A stretch of DNA of 64,000 nucleotides, from assembly GCA_963555995.3 (NCBI GenBank), contig OY821641.1:2400001-2464000 (forward strand), given 5' to 3'. Shown here one piece after another: positions 17,921 through 28,667 of this stretch (position 1 is its first letter; the number at the start of each line of letters is the position of its first letter). A program made the translations under genes and the position numbers. Under the pieces are notes generated by a model, which ran no database searches, was not told where the DNA came from, and saw nothing but the letters and a program-made list of their open reading frames with translations. The stretch is from Vicinamibacteria bacterium (GTDB lineage Bacteria > Acidobacteriota > Vicinamibacteria > Marinacidobacterales > Marinacidobacteraceae).

Positions 17921-20092
17921 ATGATTCGGTTCGAGACGATTCGCGACCGGGTCCGCGCATACCAGCCCGACGCCGATTTCGACCTGCTCCGCGCGGCCTA
18001 CGTGGTGGCCGCCCAAGCGCATCAGGGGCAGGTCCGTCTCTCGGGTGAGCCCTATCTCAACCATCCGCTCGAGGTCGCCGGGATCCTCGCGGACCTCAAG
18101 CTCGACATCGTCTCCGTCGCTTGCGGCCTCCTCCACGACGTGGTCGAGGACACCAAGGTCACGAACGAAGACCTCGAGCGCCGGTTCGGCCGGGACGTGA
18201 GCCGGGTGATAGACGGTCTCACCAAATTGAGCCGCGTGGAGTTCAGTTCCGCCGAAGCCAATCAGGCGGAAAACGTCCGCAAGATGATCATCGCGATGAC
18301 CGACGACACCAGGGTCATCCTCATCAAGCTCGCCGATCGGCTGCACAACATGCGGACGCTTGACTTTCTCCGGGAGGAGAAAAGGCAGCGGATCGCCACC
18401 GAGACCCTGGACGTCTACGCTCCGATCGCGGGACGGCTTGGAATCGGGCGGATCGAGGCCGAGCTCCAGGACCTGTCGCTGCGTCACCTCGAACCCCAGA
18501 CCTACAAGGTCCTCGAGGCCCGGGTCAAGGCCAAGAAACGGTGGGCCGAAGACTTCATTCGTGATCTCAGCCGGACGCTGAAGCGCGAGCTGCAGGCGGA
18601 GGAGATCCCGGGGGACTTGTCCGGCCGCACCAAGAGCATCTATTCCATCTATCGCAAGATGCATCGGCAGCAGATCGAGCTCGACCAGATGTACGACTTC
18701 ATCGCCCTGCGGCTGGTAACCGACACGGTGCCCCACTGCTACACGGCGCTAGGGGTGATTCACAACGTCTGGAAGCCCATTCCGGGACGGATCAAGGACT
18801 TCATCGCGATGCCGCGCGTCAACGGCTACCAGTCCCTCCATACGAGCCTGATGACCGAGTCGGGGACACATTTCGAAGTCCAGATTCGCACCACGGACAT
18901 GCATCGGGTGGCCGAAGAGGGCATCGCCGCCCACTGGAGCTACAAGTCTTCCGGCAGCTACGGAGAACAGGACATCAAGCGCTTCGCCTGGCTGCGCCAG
19001 GTTCTCGAATGGCAGAAGGAAGTCAAGGACCCCCACGAGTTCCTGAGCAGCCTGAAGATTGATCTCTATCCCGACGAGGTCCACTGCTTCACCCCGCGCG
19101 GCGAAGTCAAGTCGCTGCCCCGGGGGGCGACACCGATTGATTTCGCCTACGCCATCCACACGGAAGTCGGGCACGGCTGCATCGGAGCACGGGTCAACGG
19201 GGCCATGGCGCCCCTGAAGTACCAACTGCGGAACGGCGACATCTGCGAAATCCTCACCCGCAAGAACCATCTACCGAGCGAGGACTGGCTCAAGATTGCC
19301 CGCACGAACCGTGCGAAGAGCAAGATCCGGGCGCGGCTGAACGTCGAGGCCAAGCGGGAGAGCATCGAGATCGGCCGAAAGCTGCTGGAGAAGGAAGCAC
19401 GGTCCCACGGTCTGAGCCTGCGGCGGGTCCGCTCCGCTCCGGGGCTCGCCGATGCGATGAAGCGCCACGGGGCTCCGAACCTGGACGACCTCTTCGCCGC
19501 GATCGGCTACGGCAAGGTTTCGGCTGCCCGCGCGTTGGCCGACGCCGTCCCCGCAGACCAGCTCAAGCGCACGCCCGAGAAGGAACCCACTTCGGAGTCG
19601 GGGTTCGCGGGCGCCGTCCGACGCATCATCGGGCGCGATCCGGGACAGATTCTCGTGAGCGGCCAGAACGACATTCTGGTGCACCGCGCCCGGTGCTGTT
19701 CGCCGCTACCGGGCGAAGCGATCTCCGGATACATCACGAAGGGGAAGGGCGTCGCCGTCCACGCGGCCAAGTGCCGGCACCTCGCGGACCTCGCGCGGGA
19801 TCCGGAACGTCAGGTCGCCGTGTCCTGGAAGTCCACCACCGGAACCCGGTATGACGCCGGCTTCCTGGTGCGGGTCGAGAACCGCAAGGGAATGCTCGCG
19901 GACATCACCAAGATCATCGCCGAAGCGGACACCGATATCCGGGCCTTCGAGGGCGCCGCCGACGATGCGGAACGCGGCGACATCTACGTGACCGTTGCCG
20001 TGGAGAACGCCAAGGAAGTCGGGGCCATCTCCCGACTGCTCCAGACGGTCCCCGGTGTGATCGAGGTCCAGCGCGGCTCTCGATCCCGCTAG
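17921..20092 (+). CDS. relA: Bifunctional (p)ppGpp synthetase/hydrolase RelA/SpoT
   Basis: SGEPYLNHP, LLHDVVED, KLADRLHNMRTL, GYQSLHT, EVQIRT, GIAAHW, TGS and ACT domains. Confidence 0.95.
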   Translation: MIRFETIRDRVRAYQPDADFDLLRAAYVVAAQAHQGQVRLSGEPYLNHPLEVAGILADLKLDIVSVACGLLHDVVEDTKVTNEDLERRFGRDVSRVIDGLTKLSRVEFSSAEANQAENVRKMIIAMTDDTRVILIKLADRLHNMRTLDFLREEKRQRIATETLDVYAPIAGRLGIGRIEAELQDLSLRHLEPQTYKVLEARVKAKKRWAEDFIRDLSRTLKRELQAEEIPGDLSGRTKSIYSIYRKMHRQQIELDQMYDFIALRLVTDTVPHCYTALGVIHNVWKPIPGRIKDFIAMPRVNGYQSLHTSLMTESGTHFEVQIRTTDMHRVAEEGIAAHWSYKSSGSYGEQDIKRFAWLRQVLEWQKEVKDPHEFLSSLKIDLYPDEVHCFTPRGEVKSLPRGATPIDFAYAIHTEVGHGCIGARVNGAMAPLKYQLRNGDICEILTRKNHLPSEDWLKIARTNRAKSKIRARLNVEAKRESIEIGRKLLEKEARSHGLSLRRVRSAPGLADAMKRHGAPNLDDLFAAIGYGKVSAARALADAVPADQLKRTPEKEPTSESGFAGAVRRIIGRDPGQILVSGQNDILVHRARCCSPLPGEAISGYITKGKGVAVHAAKCRHLADLARDPERQVAVSWKSTTGTRYDAGFLVRVENRKGMLADITKIIAEADTDIRAFEGAADDAERGDIYVTVAVENAKEVGAISRLLQTVPGVIEVQRGSRSR

Positions 20093-20160
20093 GTCGAGCG
20101 TTCCGGGGCCGGGGCTGCCGCCAAGCCGAAGGGCCGGGGCGTGGACCGGACCGGGCGGCC

Positions 20161-21594
20161 TCAGCCGACCGGAGTCGGCGCGTCTTCCTGTTGTTTGGCG
20201 AGCCGGCGCAGGAGGTGATGGCTGTAGATCCCGGTCTCGTGGCCGTCGTTCCAGTGGATCTGCACACCGTAGTTGCCGACGGGAACGAGCTTCCGGGGCG
20301 CGAAATTGGTGGGCAGCAGCAGAGTCAGGGATCGACGCTTCCCGCTCCACTCGTCCACGCAGGTTGCGCACGGGCAGTGGTTGCGGAGGTATTCGAAGCC
20401 GAGGCGATCCTCCCGTCCTTCGTGCCAGCGCACGACCACCGCGTCGCCTTCCACCCGGACGGCTTCGGCGAGTCCGCTGCGCTCGGTCTGGTTGGTGCGG
20501 GCGACCTCGAGTGCGACCCTGCGGGCAATTTCCCGATAGACGGCGGCCGCGGAGCTCTCCGGATCGCGAACCACCGTGGGCGTTCCCTCGTCTCCCGCGG
20601 CCACCACCCGCGGATCGAGCGGCACACCTCCCAGGAAGGGAAGGCCGAGGTCACGCGCCACCTCTTCGCCCCCGCCGGTCGAAAAGATGTTCGTCCGCTC
20701 CCCACAGTGAGGACACGCGAACGAGTTCATGTTTTCGATCACACCAAGAACCGGCACCCGAACCGGCTGGAACATCCGAAGACCCTTCTCGGCAATCGTT
20801 CGCGCGACCGCCTGCGGGGTGGTCACGATCACCGCGCCGGCCAGCGCCGCGGTCTGGGCGATCGTGAGCTGGACATCCCCCGTTCCCGGCGGGAGGTCCA
20901 CCAGCAGGTAGTCGAGCTCTCCCCAGACCACTCCCGAAAAGAACTGCTGGACGAGTCGCGAGGCCATCGGCCCGCGCCAGATCACCGGGGTCTCCCTGGT
21001 GGACAGCATCCCCATGGAGATGAAGCGCACACCGTGGGCTTCATGCGGCAGCAGCCGGCGATGCTCGTCCGTCGCCGGACGGTCGTCCATCCCGAACATG
21101 GTGGTCTGCGACGGTCCATACACGTCGGCGTCCAGCAGGCCGACGCGCGCACCATCCGCCGCCAGGGCGACCGCCAGGTTCGCGGAGACCGTGCTCTTGC
21201 CCACCCCCCCCTTGCCCGAGGCGATGGCCACCACGTTCTGGACACCGTCGGGTTTCGTCGGGTCCGGCATCGGAGCCCGGGGCCCCGCGGGACCCGAAGC
21301 CGGGCCGGCGGCCGCCTGGACCCGGGAGGTCGGGGAGGCGCTTACTTCGGTCCGGATCGAGACCTCCGCCCGCTGGATCCCCGGCAACCGGAGAAGAGCC
21401 TCGCGGACCTGCTCCCGGATCTCCTCGCCGACCCCACTCCCGACGTTCGGCAGGATCACCGCGACGCTGACGAGGGGCCGGCAGATGCGGATGTCCGCGA
21501 CCTGTCCCAGGGACACGATGCTCTCATCGCCGAGTTCCCGGTTCCGGATGGGAGTGAGGGTTTCCAGAACCTGCTTCGGGTCGAGTTGGGACAT
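20161..21594 (-). CDS. mrp: Mrp/NBP35 (ApbC) Fe-S cluster carrier ATPase with C-terminal DUF971 (GBBH-like N) domain
   Basis: SGKGGVGKSTV, DADVYGPS, VDLPPGTGD, CPHC; C-terminal LRNHCPCATC..VGNYG..WNDGHETGIY. Confidence 0.9.
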   Translation of the reverse strand: MSQLDPKQVLETLTPIRNRELGDESIVSLGQVADIRICRPLVSVAVILPNVGSGVGEEIREQVREALLRLPGIQRAEVSIRTEVSASPTSRVQAAAGPASGPAGPRAPMPDPTKPDGVQNVVAIASGKGGVGKSTVSANLAVALAADGARVGLLDADVYGPSQTTMFGMDDRPATDEHRRLLPHEAHGVRFISMGMLSTRETPVIWRGPMASRLVQQFFSGVVWGELDYLLVDLPPGTGDVQLTIAQTAALAGAVIVTTPQAVARTIAEKGLRMFQPVRVPVLGVIENMNSFACPHCGERTNIFSTGGGEEVARDLGLPFLGGVPLDPRVVAAGDEGTPTVVRDPESSAAAVYREIARRVALEVARTNQTERSGLAEAVRVEGDAVVVRWHEGREDRLGFEYLRNHCPCATCVDEWSGKRRSLTLLLPTNFAPRKLVPVGNYGVQIHWNDGHETGIYSHHLLRRLAKQQEDAPTPVG

Positions 21595-21804
21595 GCGAGA
21601 AGGAAGAGTCCTGAGGGGCGCCCCACCAGCGGCGCGGTGGGAAGCGCTTAGGATAGCCGTCGGGATGGGCGGGACGGCGCTCCGGTGGGACGAAGGACCG
21701 GATGGCCGTACGGCGTCCTCCCCTTACAATCGGTTCAGCCCGACGCCGTCCAGAGGATCCCGATCAGGGACCCGGGGGCGCCGGAAATCACAAGGAGGCC
21801 AATC

Positions 21805-24144
21805 GTGAACACCCGCCTCGCCCCTCGCTACGAGCTGGCGTTGACGGCCGCCCTCGCTCTCCTTTTCTCCAGCGCCGTCTCGGCGCCGGCGAGCGGCGCA
21901 ACGCAAGAGCAAGCGGGACAGGAAGAAGTCGAGGAGCAACAGGAGGAAGCGGAAGAAACACGCGAACCGGCGGACATCATCCCGCGCTTTACGGACCAGG
22001 TGGTGGTATCGGCATCACGGGTCGAACAGGAGATCGTCAACGCGCCGGCCGCGATCGCGGTGATCCCCACCGAAGTCATCGAGACCCAGGCGGCCAACAA
22101 CTTCGGAGACCTGCTGCGCCAGGCCCCGGGGGTCAACGTGACCCAGCTCTCCAGTACGCACTACAGCGTCACCAGCCGCGGCTCATCCGCCGCGCTGGCT
22201 ACCTCCCAACTTGTCCTCGTGGACGGCCGTTCGGTCTATCAGGACTTTTTCGGATTCACCGGTTGGGACTTTCTCTCGGTGGGACTGGACGACCTGGAGC
22301 GGATCGAGGTGGTGAACGGACCGGCGTCCGCGATCTGGGGCGCGAACGCCATGAGCGGGGTGGTGAACCTGATCACCAGGGCGCCGCGGGACGATCCGGG
22401 AACGACGCTGAATCTCCGGTTCGGTTCGTTCGATCGCAACGTCACCGGCAGCCCGATGGATCCGGGAAGCCAGCTCATGGGATCCCTGACCCACGCGCAG
22501 GCGCTGACCGACCGCTTCGCCTACCGTGCGACCGTGAGCTTCACCCACCTGGACCCGCTCCCGCGGCCGTACGGCGAGATCCCGAACGGTACCGGCACCC
22601 TCTACCCCCCGCTGGAAGGCGTGACCTCCCGGATGCCCAAGCTGGATTTCCGGGCCGACTGGGACTCGCCCGACGGCCAGGGCGGGTTCCGGTTCTCGGG
22701 CGGCTATGGAGGGAGCCAGGGAATCCTCCACTCCGGGATCGGCCCTTTCACGGTGCAGCCGGGGGCGAACATGTCCTACGGCCGGGTTCAGTACATGCGC
22801 GGCTCCATGGAAATCGGGGCCTTCTTCAACCGGACCGCCGCCGACTTCAACTCGCTGCTTTCCCGAACCCCCACGGGGGAACTGCTCGACGGCCGGATCA
22901 ACACCAGCACCTACGACGTCAGCTTCCGGGACACGAGGTTCCTGGGCGGACGCCATCTCTTCAGCTACGGCGCGAGCGCCCGCTTCGTCACGCTTGACTT
23001 CACCCTCGCCCCGCTCGGAGACGGACGCAGCGAACAGGGGTTCTACGTCAACGACGAGGTCTTCCTCAGCGACCGCTGGCGCTGGATCGTAGGAACCCGC
23101 GCGGACCGGATCAGCATCTTCGACAAGATCGTGCTGTCCCCCCGGACCACCCTCATCTTCAAGCCGACTCCCACCCAGTCCTTCCGCGTGTCCTACAACC
23201 GCGCGTTCCGCGCCCCGTCGCTCAGCAACACGTTCATCGCCACGACGATCGGCGAGCCGGCCGTCTTCGATCTCCGTCCCGTGTTCCGGGGCTTCTTCGG
23301 TGCGCTGAGCGTCCCGGATTCGGCGCTGCCGGCCCCGGTCAGCTACACGATCCCCATCGGCGTGGTCGGGAACCCCGACCTGGTCCAGGAGACCCTGACC
23401 GCCTACGAAATGGGCTGGTCGGGCGCGCTCAACGACTGGCTGGGGGCGAGCGCGGCCGTCTATCTCAACGACATGCGGGACAGCATTGACTTCACCGATA
23501 CCGCCTTCTGGTCCGGCGAGAACCCTCCTCCCGGATGGAACGAGGCGTTCGCCGAAGTCGGAGATTTCATCGGCCGGCTGGCCGGCGCGCTGCCTCCGGG
23601 GGCCCTGCCACCGGAGATCGGGGCGGTCGCGGCGAATCCAGCCGTCCTGATCGACGTCCTCGGCACGCTTGGCGGCGTCCAGTTCCCCGCCGCGTTCAGC
23701 TACGTCAACCGCGTGTCGGTCCGGAACGCGGGGATCGAGCTCGGGCTCACGGGACGCCGCGGGGACTTCGGAGGCTTCCTCAACTACTCGTGGCAGGCCG
23801 AACCGGTGGTGGAGGGGTTCGGTGAGGAGGACGCCGACGAGATCAGCATCCCCGCGGCGCACCGCATCAATGCCGGCCTCGACGCCGGGTTCGGGGCCGT
23901 GAACCTCGGGCTGTCCCTGAACCACACCGACCGGGCCTACTGGACCGATGTCCTCACGGCGGAGTACTACGGCTGGACCGAAGCCTTCACCATGGTGAAC
24001 GCCACGCTGGCGGTGGACCTGATGGAGGGCCGTTTCCAGCCCTCCGTACGGCTGATCAACGTCCTCAACCAGGAGATCCAGAACCACATCTTCGGCGACG
24101 TGCTGCGACGCCAGGTCATCGGAGGATTACGCTACCGTTTCTGA
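21805..24144 (+). CDS. TonB-dependent receptor (paralog 1)
   Basis: Signal peptide, TonB box DQVVVSASR, plug motifs LVLVDGR and ERIEVVNGPASAIWG, C-terminal LRYRF. Confidence 0.92.
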   Translation: MNTRLAPRYELALTAALALLFSSAVSAPASGATQEQAGQEEVEEQQEEAEETREPADIIPRFTDQVVVSASRVEQEIVNAPAAIAVIPTEVIETQAANNFGDLLRQAPGVNVTQLSSTHYSVTSRGSSAALATSQLVLVDGRSVYQDFFGFTGWDFLSVGLDDLERIEVVNGPASAIWGANAMSGVVNLITRAPRDDPGTTLNLRFGSFDRNVTGSPMDPGSQLMGSLTHAQALTDRFAYRATVSFTHLDPLPRPYGEIPNGTGTLYPPLEGVTSRMPKLDFRADWDSPDGQGGFRFSGGYGGSQGILHSGIGPFTVQPGANMSYGRVQYMRGSMEIGAFFNRTAADFNSLLSRTPTGELLDGRINTSTYDVSFRDTRFLGGRHLFSYGASARFVTLDFTLAPLGDGRSEQGFYVNDEVFLSDRWRWIVGTRADRISIFDKIVLSPRTTLIFKPTPTQSFRVSYNRAFRAPSLSNTFIATTIGEPAVFDLRPVFRGFFGALSVPDSALPAPVSYTIPIGVVGNPDLVQETLTAYEMGWSGALNDWLGASAAVYLNDMRDSIDFTDTAFWSGENPPPGWNEAFAEVGDFIGRLAGALPPGALPPEIGAVAANPAVLIDVLGTLGGVQFPAAFSYVNRVSVRNAGIELGLTGRRGDFGGFLNYSWQAEPVVEGFGEEDADEISIPAAHRINAGLDAGFGAVNLGLSLNHTDRAYWTDVLTAEYYGWTEAFTMVNATLAVDLMEGRFQPSVRLINVLNQEIQNHIFGDVLRRQVIGGLRYRF

Positions 24145-24166
24145 TCCGGGCAAGGAGGCCCAAACG

Positions 24167-26503
24167 ATGAACGTCAGCGCCATCCTCCGCAACCATTTGC
24201 TGTCCTTCGGGGCCGCCCTCACCTTCCTGCTGGTCCAGTCCGACGCCGCGGGCGCCACGCTTCAGCAGGAACAGGATCCGGCCCAGGAAACGGAACAGGA
24301 AGAGCGCGAGGACGAGACGGCCGATCCTGCCGACATCATTCCGCGCTTCACCGACCAGGTCGTGGTGTCGGCCTCCCGGGTGGAGCAGGAGATCGTCAAC
24401 GCCCCGGCCGCGATCGCGGTGATTTCCACCGAGACGATCGAGACCACGCCGGCCAGCAACTTCGGCGACCTGCTCCGCCAGGCCCCGGGCGTCAACGTCA
24501 CCCAGCTCTCGAACACCAACTACAGCGTCACCAGCCGCGGCTCCTCCGGGGCTCTCGCCACCGCCCAGCTCGTCCTGGTGGATGGCCGTTCCGTCTATCA
24601 GGACTTCTTCGGCTTCACCAGTTGGGACTTCATCTCGGTGGGGCTCGACGACCTCGAGCGGGTCGAGGTGGTCAACGGGCCGGCTTCGGCGGTCTGGGGC
24701 GCGAACGCGATGAGCGGCGTGGTGAACCTGATCACCAAGGCGCCGCGGGACAACCAGGGAACCACACTGGACCTCCGGTTCGGGGCCTTCGACCGCAACG
24801 TCACCGGCAACCCGATGGACACCGGCAGCCAGTTCATGGGCTCGCTGACCCACGCGCAGGCGGTGAACGACCGCTTCGCCTACCGCGCGACCGTGAGCTT
24901 CACCCGCCAGGACGCCCTCCCCCGCCCGTTCGGCGAGATTCCGAACGAGACCGGCACGCTCTATCCCCCCGTCCTGGGAGTGGACGCCCGGATGCCCAAG
25001 GTGGACCTCCGCGCCGACTGGGACGCCCCGGACGGCGAGAGCAGCGTCCGGGTCTCGGGCGGCTACGGGGGCAGCCAGGGAATCCTCCACTCCGGGATCG
25101 GTCCGTTCCACGTCCAGTCGGGAAGCGCCATGTCCTACGGGCGCATCCAGTACCTCCGGGGTTCGATGGAAATCGGCGGCTTCGTGAACCGCACCGCGGT
25201 GCCCTTCAGCTCGATCCTGTCCCAGACCCCCACGGGGCAGTTCCTCGAGGGCAACATGAACTCGACCGCGTACGACATCAGCCTGAAGGACACGCGATTC
25301 CTGGGTGGACGGCATCTGCTCAGCTACGGCGCCAGCGCGCGCTACGTCACCCTCGACTTCACCCTCGCCCCCGCGGGCGACGGCCGCAGCGAGATGGGGG
25401 TCTACGTCAACGACGAGATCTTCCTGAGCGACCGCTGGCGCTGGATCGTGGGAACCCGCGCCGACCGGATGAGCGTGCTGGACCAGATCGTGCTGTCTCC
25501 CCGCACGACCCTCATCTTCAAGCCGACGTCCACCCAGGCCTTCCGCGTGTCCTACAACCGGGCTTTCCGCGCCCCTTCGCTCACCAACTCGTTCCTCGAC
25601 ACGCTCATCGGCCAGCCGGCCGTCTTCGATCTCCGTCCGGTCTTCCGGGGCTTCTTCGGTGCGCTGAGCATTCCGGATTCCGCGTTGCCGGCCCCGGTGG
25701 CCTATACGGTCCCCATCTCCGTCGTGGGCAACACCGCACTGTTGCAGGAGACCCTGACCGCCTACGAGGTGGGCTGGTCGGGGGCGCTGAACGACTGGCT
25801 GGGGGCGAGCGCGGCGGTGTACGTCAACGACATGCGGGACAGCATTGACTTCACCGACGACACCTTCTGGTCCGGCGAGGACCCTCCTCCCGGCTGGAAC
25901 GAGGCGTTCACCGAGGTCGCGGAGTTCATCGGACGGCTGGGAGCCGTCCTTCCTCCCGGCACGCTTCCTCCGTCCATCGGCGTCATCGCCGAGAACCCCG
26001 GATACCTGATTGACGCCCTGGGTGGACTCGCGGGCGTCCAGCTTCCGTCCGCACTCACCTACGTCAACCGGAAATCGGTGCAGAACTCGGGGATCGAGCT
26101 CGGGCTCACCGGCCGCCGCGGCAACGTCGGCGGGTTCCTGAACTACTCGTGGCAGGCCGAACCGGACGTGGAAGGGTTCGGCGAGGAGGACGCCGACGAG
26201 ATCAGCATCCCGGCGGCGCACCGGATCAATGCCGGCATCGACGCGGAGATCGGCGCCTTCGATCTCGGTCTTTCCCTGAACTACACCGATCGCGCCTACT
26301 GGACCGACGTGCTCACGGCCGAGTACCACGGCTGGACGGAGGCCTTCACCCTGGTGAACGCCACGCTGGCGATGAACCTGCTGGAGGGCCGTGTCCAGCC
26401 CTCGGTCCGCGTGATCAACCTCCTGAACCAGGAGATCCAGAACCACGTCTTCGGCGACGTGCTGCGGCGGCAGATCATCGGCGGGTTGCGCTACCGGTTC
26501 TGA
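24167..26503 (+). CDS. TonB-dependent receptor (paralog 2)
   Basis: Same motifs and collinear with paralog 1; ends LRYRF. Confidence 0.92.
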   Translation: MNVSAILRNHLLSFGAALTFLLVQSDAAGATLQQEQDPAQETEQEEREDETADPADIIPRFTDQVVVSASRVEQEIVNAPAAIAVISTETIETTPASNFGDLLRQAPGVNVTQLSNTNYSVTSRGSSGALATAQLVLVDGRSVYQDFFGFTSWDFISVGLDDLERVEVVNGPASAVWGANAMSGVVNLITKAPRDNQGTTLDLRFGAFDRNVTGNPMDTGSQFMGSLTHAQAVNDRFAYRATVSFTRQDALPRPFGEIPNETGTLYPPVLGVDARMPKVDLRADWDAPDGESSVRVSGGYGGSQGILHSGIGPFHVQSGSAMSYGRIQYLRGSMEIGGFVNRTAVPFSSILSQTPTGQFLEGNMNSTAYDISLKDTRFLGGRHLLSYGASARYVTLDFTLAPAGDGRSEMGVYVNDEIFLSDRWRWIVGTRADRMSVLDQIVLSPRTTLIFKPTSTQAFRVSYNRAFRAPSLTNSFLDTLIGQPAVFDLRPVFRGFFGALSIPDSALPAPVAYTVPISVVGNTALLQETLTAYEVGWSGALNDWLGASAAVYVNDMRDSIDFTDDTFWSGEDPPPGWNEAFTEVAEFIGRLGAVLPPGTLPPSIGVIAENPGYLIDALGGLAGVQLPSALTYVNRKSVQNSGIELGLTGRRGNVGGFLNYSWQAEPDVEGFGEEDADEISIPAAHRINAGIDAEIGAFDLGLSLNYTDRAYWTDVLTAEYHGWTEAFTLVNATLAMNLLEGRVQPSVRVINLLNQEIQNHVFGDVLRRQIIGGLRYRF

Positions 26504-26526
26504 CCGGCGCCCCGCCGGCGGACGGT

Positions 26527-26551
26527 GCGGGCGGCGCCCGAAGCCGCCCGC
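26527..26551. terminator. Hairpin between convergent genes (possible bidirectional terminator)
   Basis: GCGGGCGGC-GCCCGAA-GCCGCCCGC. Confidence 0.45.
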
Positions 26552-26562
26552 GCGGCGAGCGC

Positions 26563-28626
26563 CTACCGCGGATCCTGATCGGTGGCGGCCGCGTCCGCTT
26601 TCAGGAACCGGTCGAACCAGGCCAGGTAGCGCTCGTAGCGGTCCTTCTGGAAGGAGGGGAGCCGGATCCCGTGGCTCTGCCCCGGGTAGATGATGAGTTC
26701 GGTAGGCACCCCGAGCCGCCGCAGACTCTGGTAGAGGTTCTCCGACTGGCTGAGCGGCACGTTCCAGTCCTTCTCCCCACAGAGAACGAGCGTCGGCGTG
26801 GTCACGTGGTGCACCCGTGAAATGGGAGACAACCGGTTGTAGAGCTCGGGGTTCTCCCAGGGAAGCCCCAGCTCCAGCTCCCACTCGAGCTGGTAGTGGT
26901 CGTTCCCGTAGGCGGCCCGGTACTCGGTCTCGCTGGAGCCGCTGACGGCGGCGTGGAACCGGGTGGTCTTGGTGATCACGTAGTTCGTGAGGATCCCGCC
27001 GTAGCTCCATCCACCCACCCCGAGGCGCTCGGGGTCGGCCCAGCCGCGCTCGATGACGTGGTCCACCGCGGCGTTCACGTCCTCGTAATCCAGGTTCCCC
27101 CAGTCCGCCCAGATGGCGTGGGAAAACGCCTCTCCCCGCCCTGACGAGCCGCGGGGGTTCGCCGCGACCACCAGGTACCCGTTCGCCGCGAAGAGCTGCC
27201 AGGTGGACTGGAAGGAGGTGGAGAACTGCGACACCGGCCCGCCGTGGATCCACAGGATGGTCGGATAGCGCCGCCCCTCCTCGAATCCGGGCGGCTTGGT
27301 GACGAAGCCCTGGATCTCGGTCCCGTCGGCACTCGGGAAGGTGATCCGCTCGACCGCACCGAGGTTCACCTCGGCGAGCAGCGCATCGTTCTCCCCGGTC
27401 AGCCGCCGGGGCTCCTCGCCGAATGTCCAGGCCATCACCTCCCGGGGACGATCGGTGCTCCCCGCCACCGCCACGACCCGGTTCCCGACCACCTCAAGGT
27501 CGCGAATGTCCCGCTCTCCGGCAATGAGGCGCTCGGCGGCGGCGGTTTCCGAGATCCCGAAGGAGGCCAGGTGCCGGTTGCCGGAGTCTTCGAGAAGCGC
27601 CAGGATCGCCGATCCGTCGGCGCTGAACCGGGGATTCGAGAGATTGCGGTCGAGGCCGGCGGCGACATGGACGACCTCGTCGGTACTCCGGTTGAGGGCG
27701 TACAGGTGCTCGGTGGCGTACCAGATCAACTCCGGTTTGCGGTTCCCGGTATGGGCGATCCAACCGCCATCGGGACTGAAGACCGGCGAGCGGTCCGGTC
27801 CCGGATTGCTCGTGAGCCGAACGGGCTCGGTCGCTTCGTCCGCGCCGCGCGGAATCAGGAAGATGTCGGAGTTGTCGGTGGCGTCCGGGTCGCCGCCGTC
27901 CGGTGGCCGGACACTCACGAACGCGATCTCCGCACTGTCGGGCGAGAACACCGGGGAACCGTCGTCGTAGGGACCGAAGGTCTTCTGCTCGTGCGCGCCG
28001 CCGGTCGCGTCCACCACGTAGATGTGCCGCCGGCGGTCGTCGAGGTATCCCTGCCCGTCGCGCTTGAACTGACGGCGGTCGATCACCAGGGGACGCGGTT
28101 CGGCGTCTTCTCCTTCCTCGGGCTCGTTCGGGTCGGGGTCCCGCGAGACGACCGCGAGCGCGCTCCCGTCCGGCGCCCACGAGAAGGACGAAACCCCCGC
28201 GGGCAGACTCGACAGGACCCTCGCCTCGCCGCCCGCCAGCGGAAGCAACCAGATCTGGGTCTTGTCCCCTTCCCCGGAACTCAGGAACGCGAGCTGCGAT
28301 CCATCGGGACTGAACCGCGGATGGGACGCCGAACGCCCTGCCCTGGTCAAGGGCGCGGAATCTCCGCCGACGAATGGGACCCCGTGAATCCGGCTCTCGG
28401 ACTTGTTCTCTTCGAGATCGATCCGCGACACCACGTAGACGACGAACTCGCCGTCCGGCGAGAGCTGAGGATCGGAGACCGAGGCGATTCCGAGCGCGTC
28501 CTGAATCGTGAAGTGGCGCTGGGCGAAGGCCGGCGCGGCAAGCGCCGCAGCGAGAGCCAGAGCGGCGCCCACGCTCCCGAGGCGCATGGGAGCACGAAGA
28601 GAAACGAACCGACGCGATGGAGTCAT
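26563..28626 (-). CDS. S9 family peptidase (acylaminoacyl peptidase) with WD40/PD40 beta-propeller
   Basis: IHGGP, GWSYGG nucleophile, catalytic D (GEKDWNVP) and H (PGQSHG); signal peptide. Confidence 0.92.
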   Translation of the reverse strand: MTPSRRFVSLRAPMRLGSVGAALALAAALAAPAFAQRHFTIQDALGIASVSDPQLSPDGEFVVYVVSRIDLEENKSESRIHGVPFVGGDSAPLTRAGRSASHPRFSPDGSQLAFLSSGEGDKTQIWLLPLAGGEARVLSSLPAGVSSFSWAPDGSALAVVSRDPDPNEPEEGEDAEPRPLVIDRRQFKRDGQGYLDDRRRHIYVVDATGGAHEQKTFGPYDDGSPVFSPDSAEIAFVSVRPPDGGDPDATDNSDIFLIPRGADEATEPVRLTSNPGPDRSPVFSPDGGWIAHTGNRKPELIWYATEHLYALNRSTDEVVHVAAGLDRNLSNPRFSADGSAILALLEDSGNRHLASFGISETAAAERLIAGERDIRDLEVVGNRVVAVAGSTDRPREVMAWTFGEEPRRLTGENDALLAEVNLGAVERITFPSADGTEIQGFVTKPPGFEEGRRYPTILWIHGGPVSQFSTSFQSTWQLFAANGYLVVAANPRGSSGRGEAFSHAIWADWGNLDYEDVNAAVDHVIERGWADPERLGVGGWSYGGILTNYVITKTTRFHAAVSGSSETEYRAAYGNDHYQLEWELELGLPWENPELYNRLSPISRVHHVTTPTLVLCGEKDWNVPLSQSENLYQSLRRLGVPTELIIYPGQSHGIRLPSFQKDRYERYLAWFDRFLKADAAATDQDPR

Positions 28627-28667
28627 GCCGGACCTCCTGCGGGTCGGAGCCCGCACGGCGCGATGGC

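Noticed and set aside
21600-21804. Cobalamin or other riboswitch upstream of the TonB-dependent receptors
   Set aside because: No B12-box or other recognisable riboswitch consensus; only a short stem and a TACAAT hexamer.
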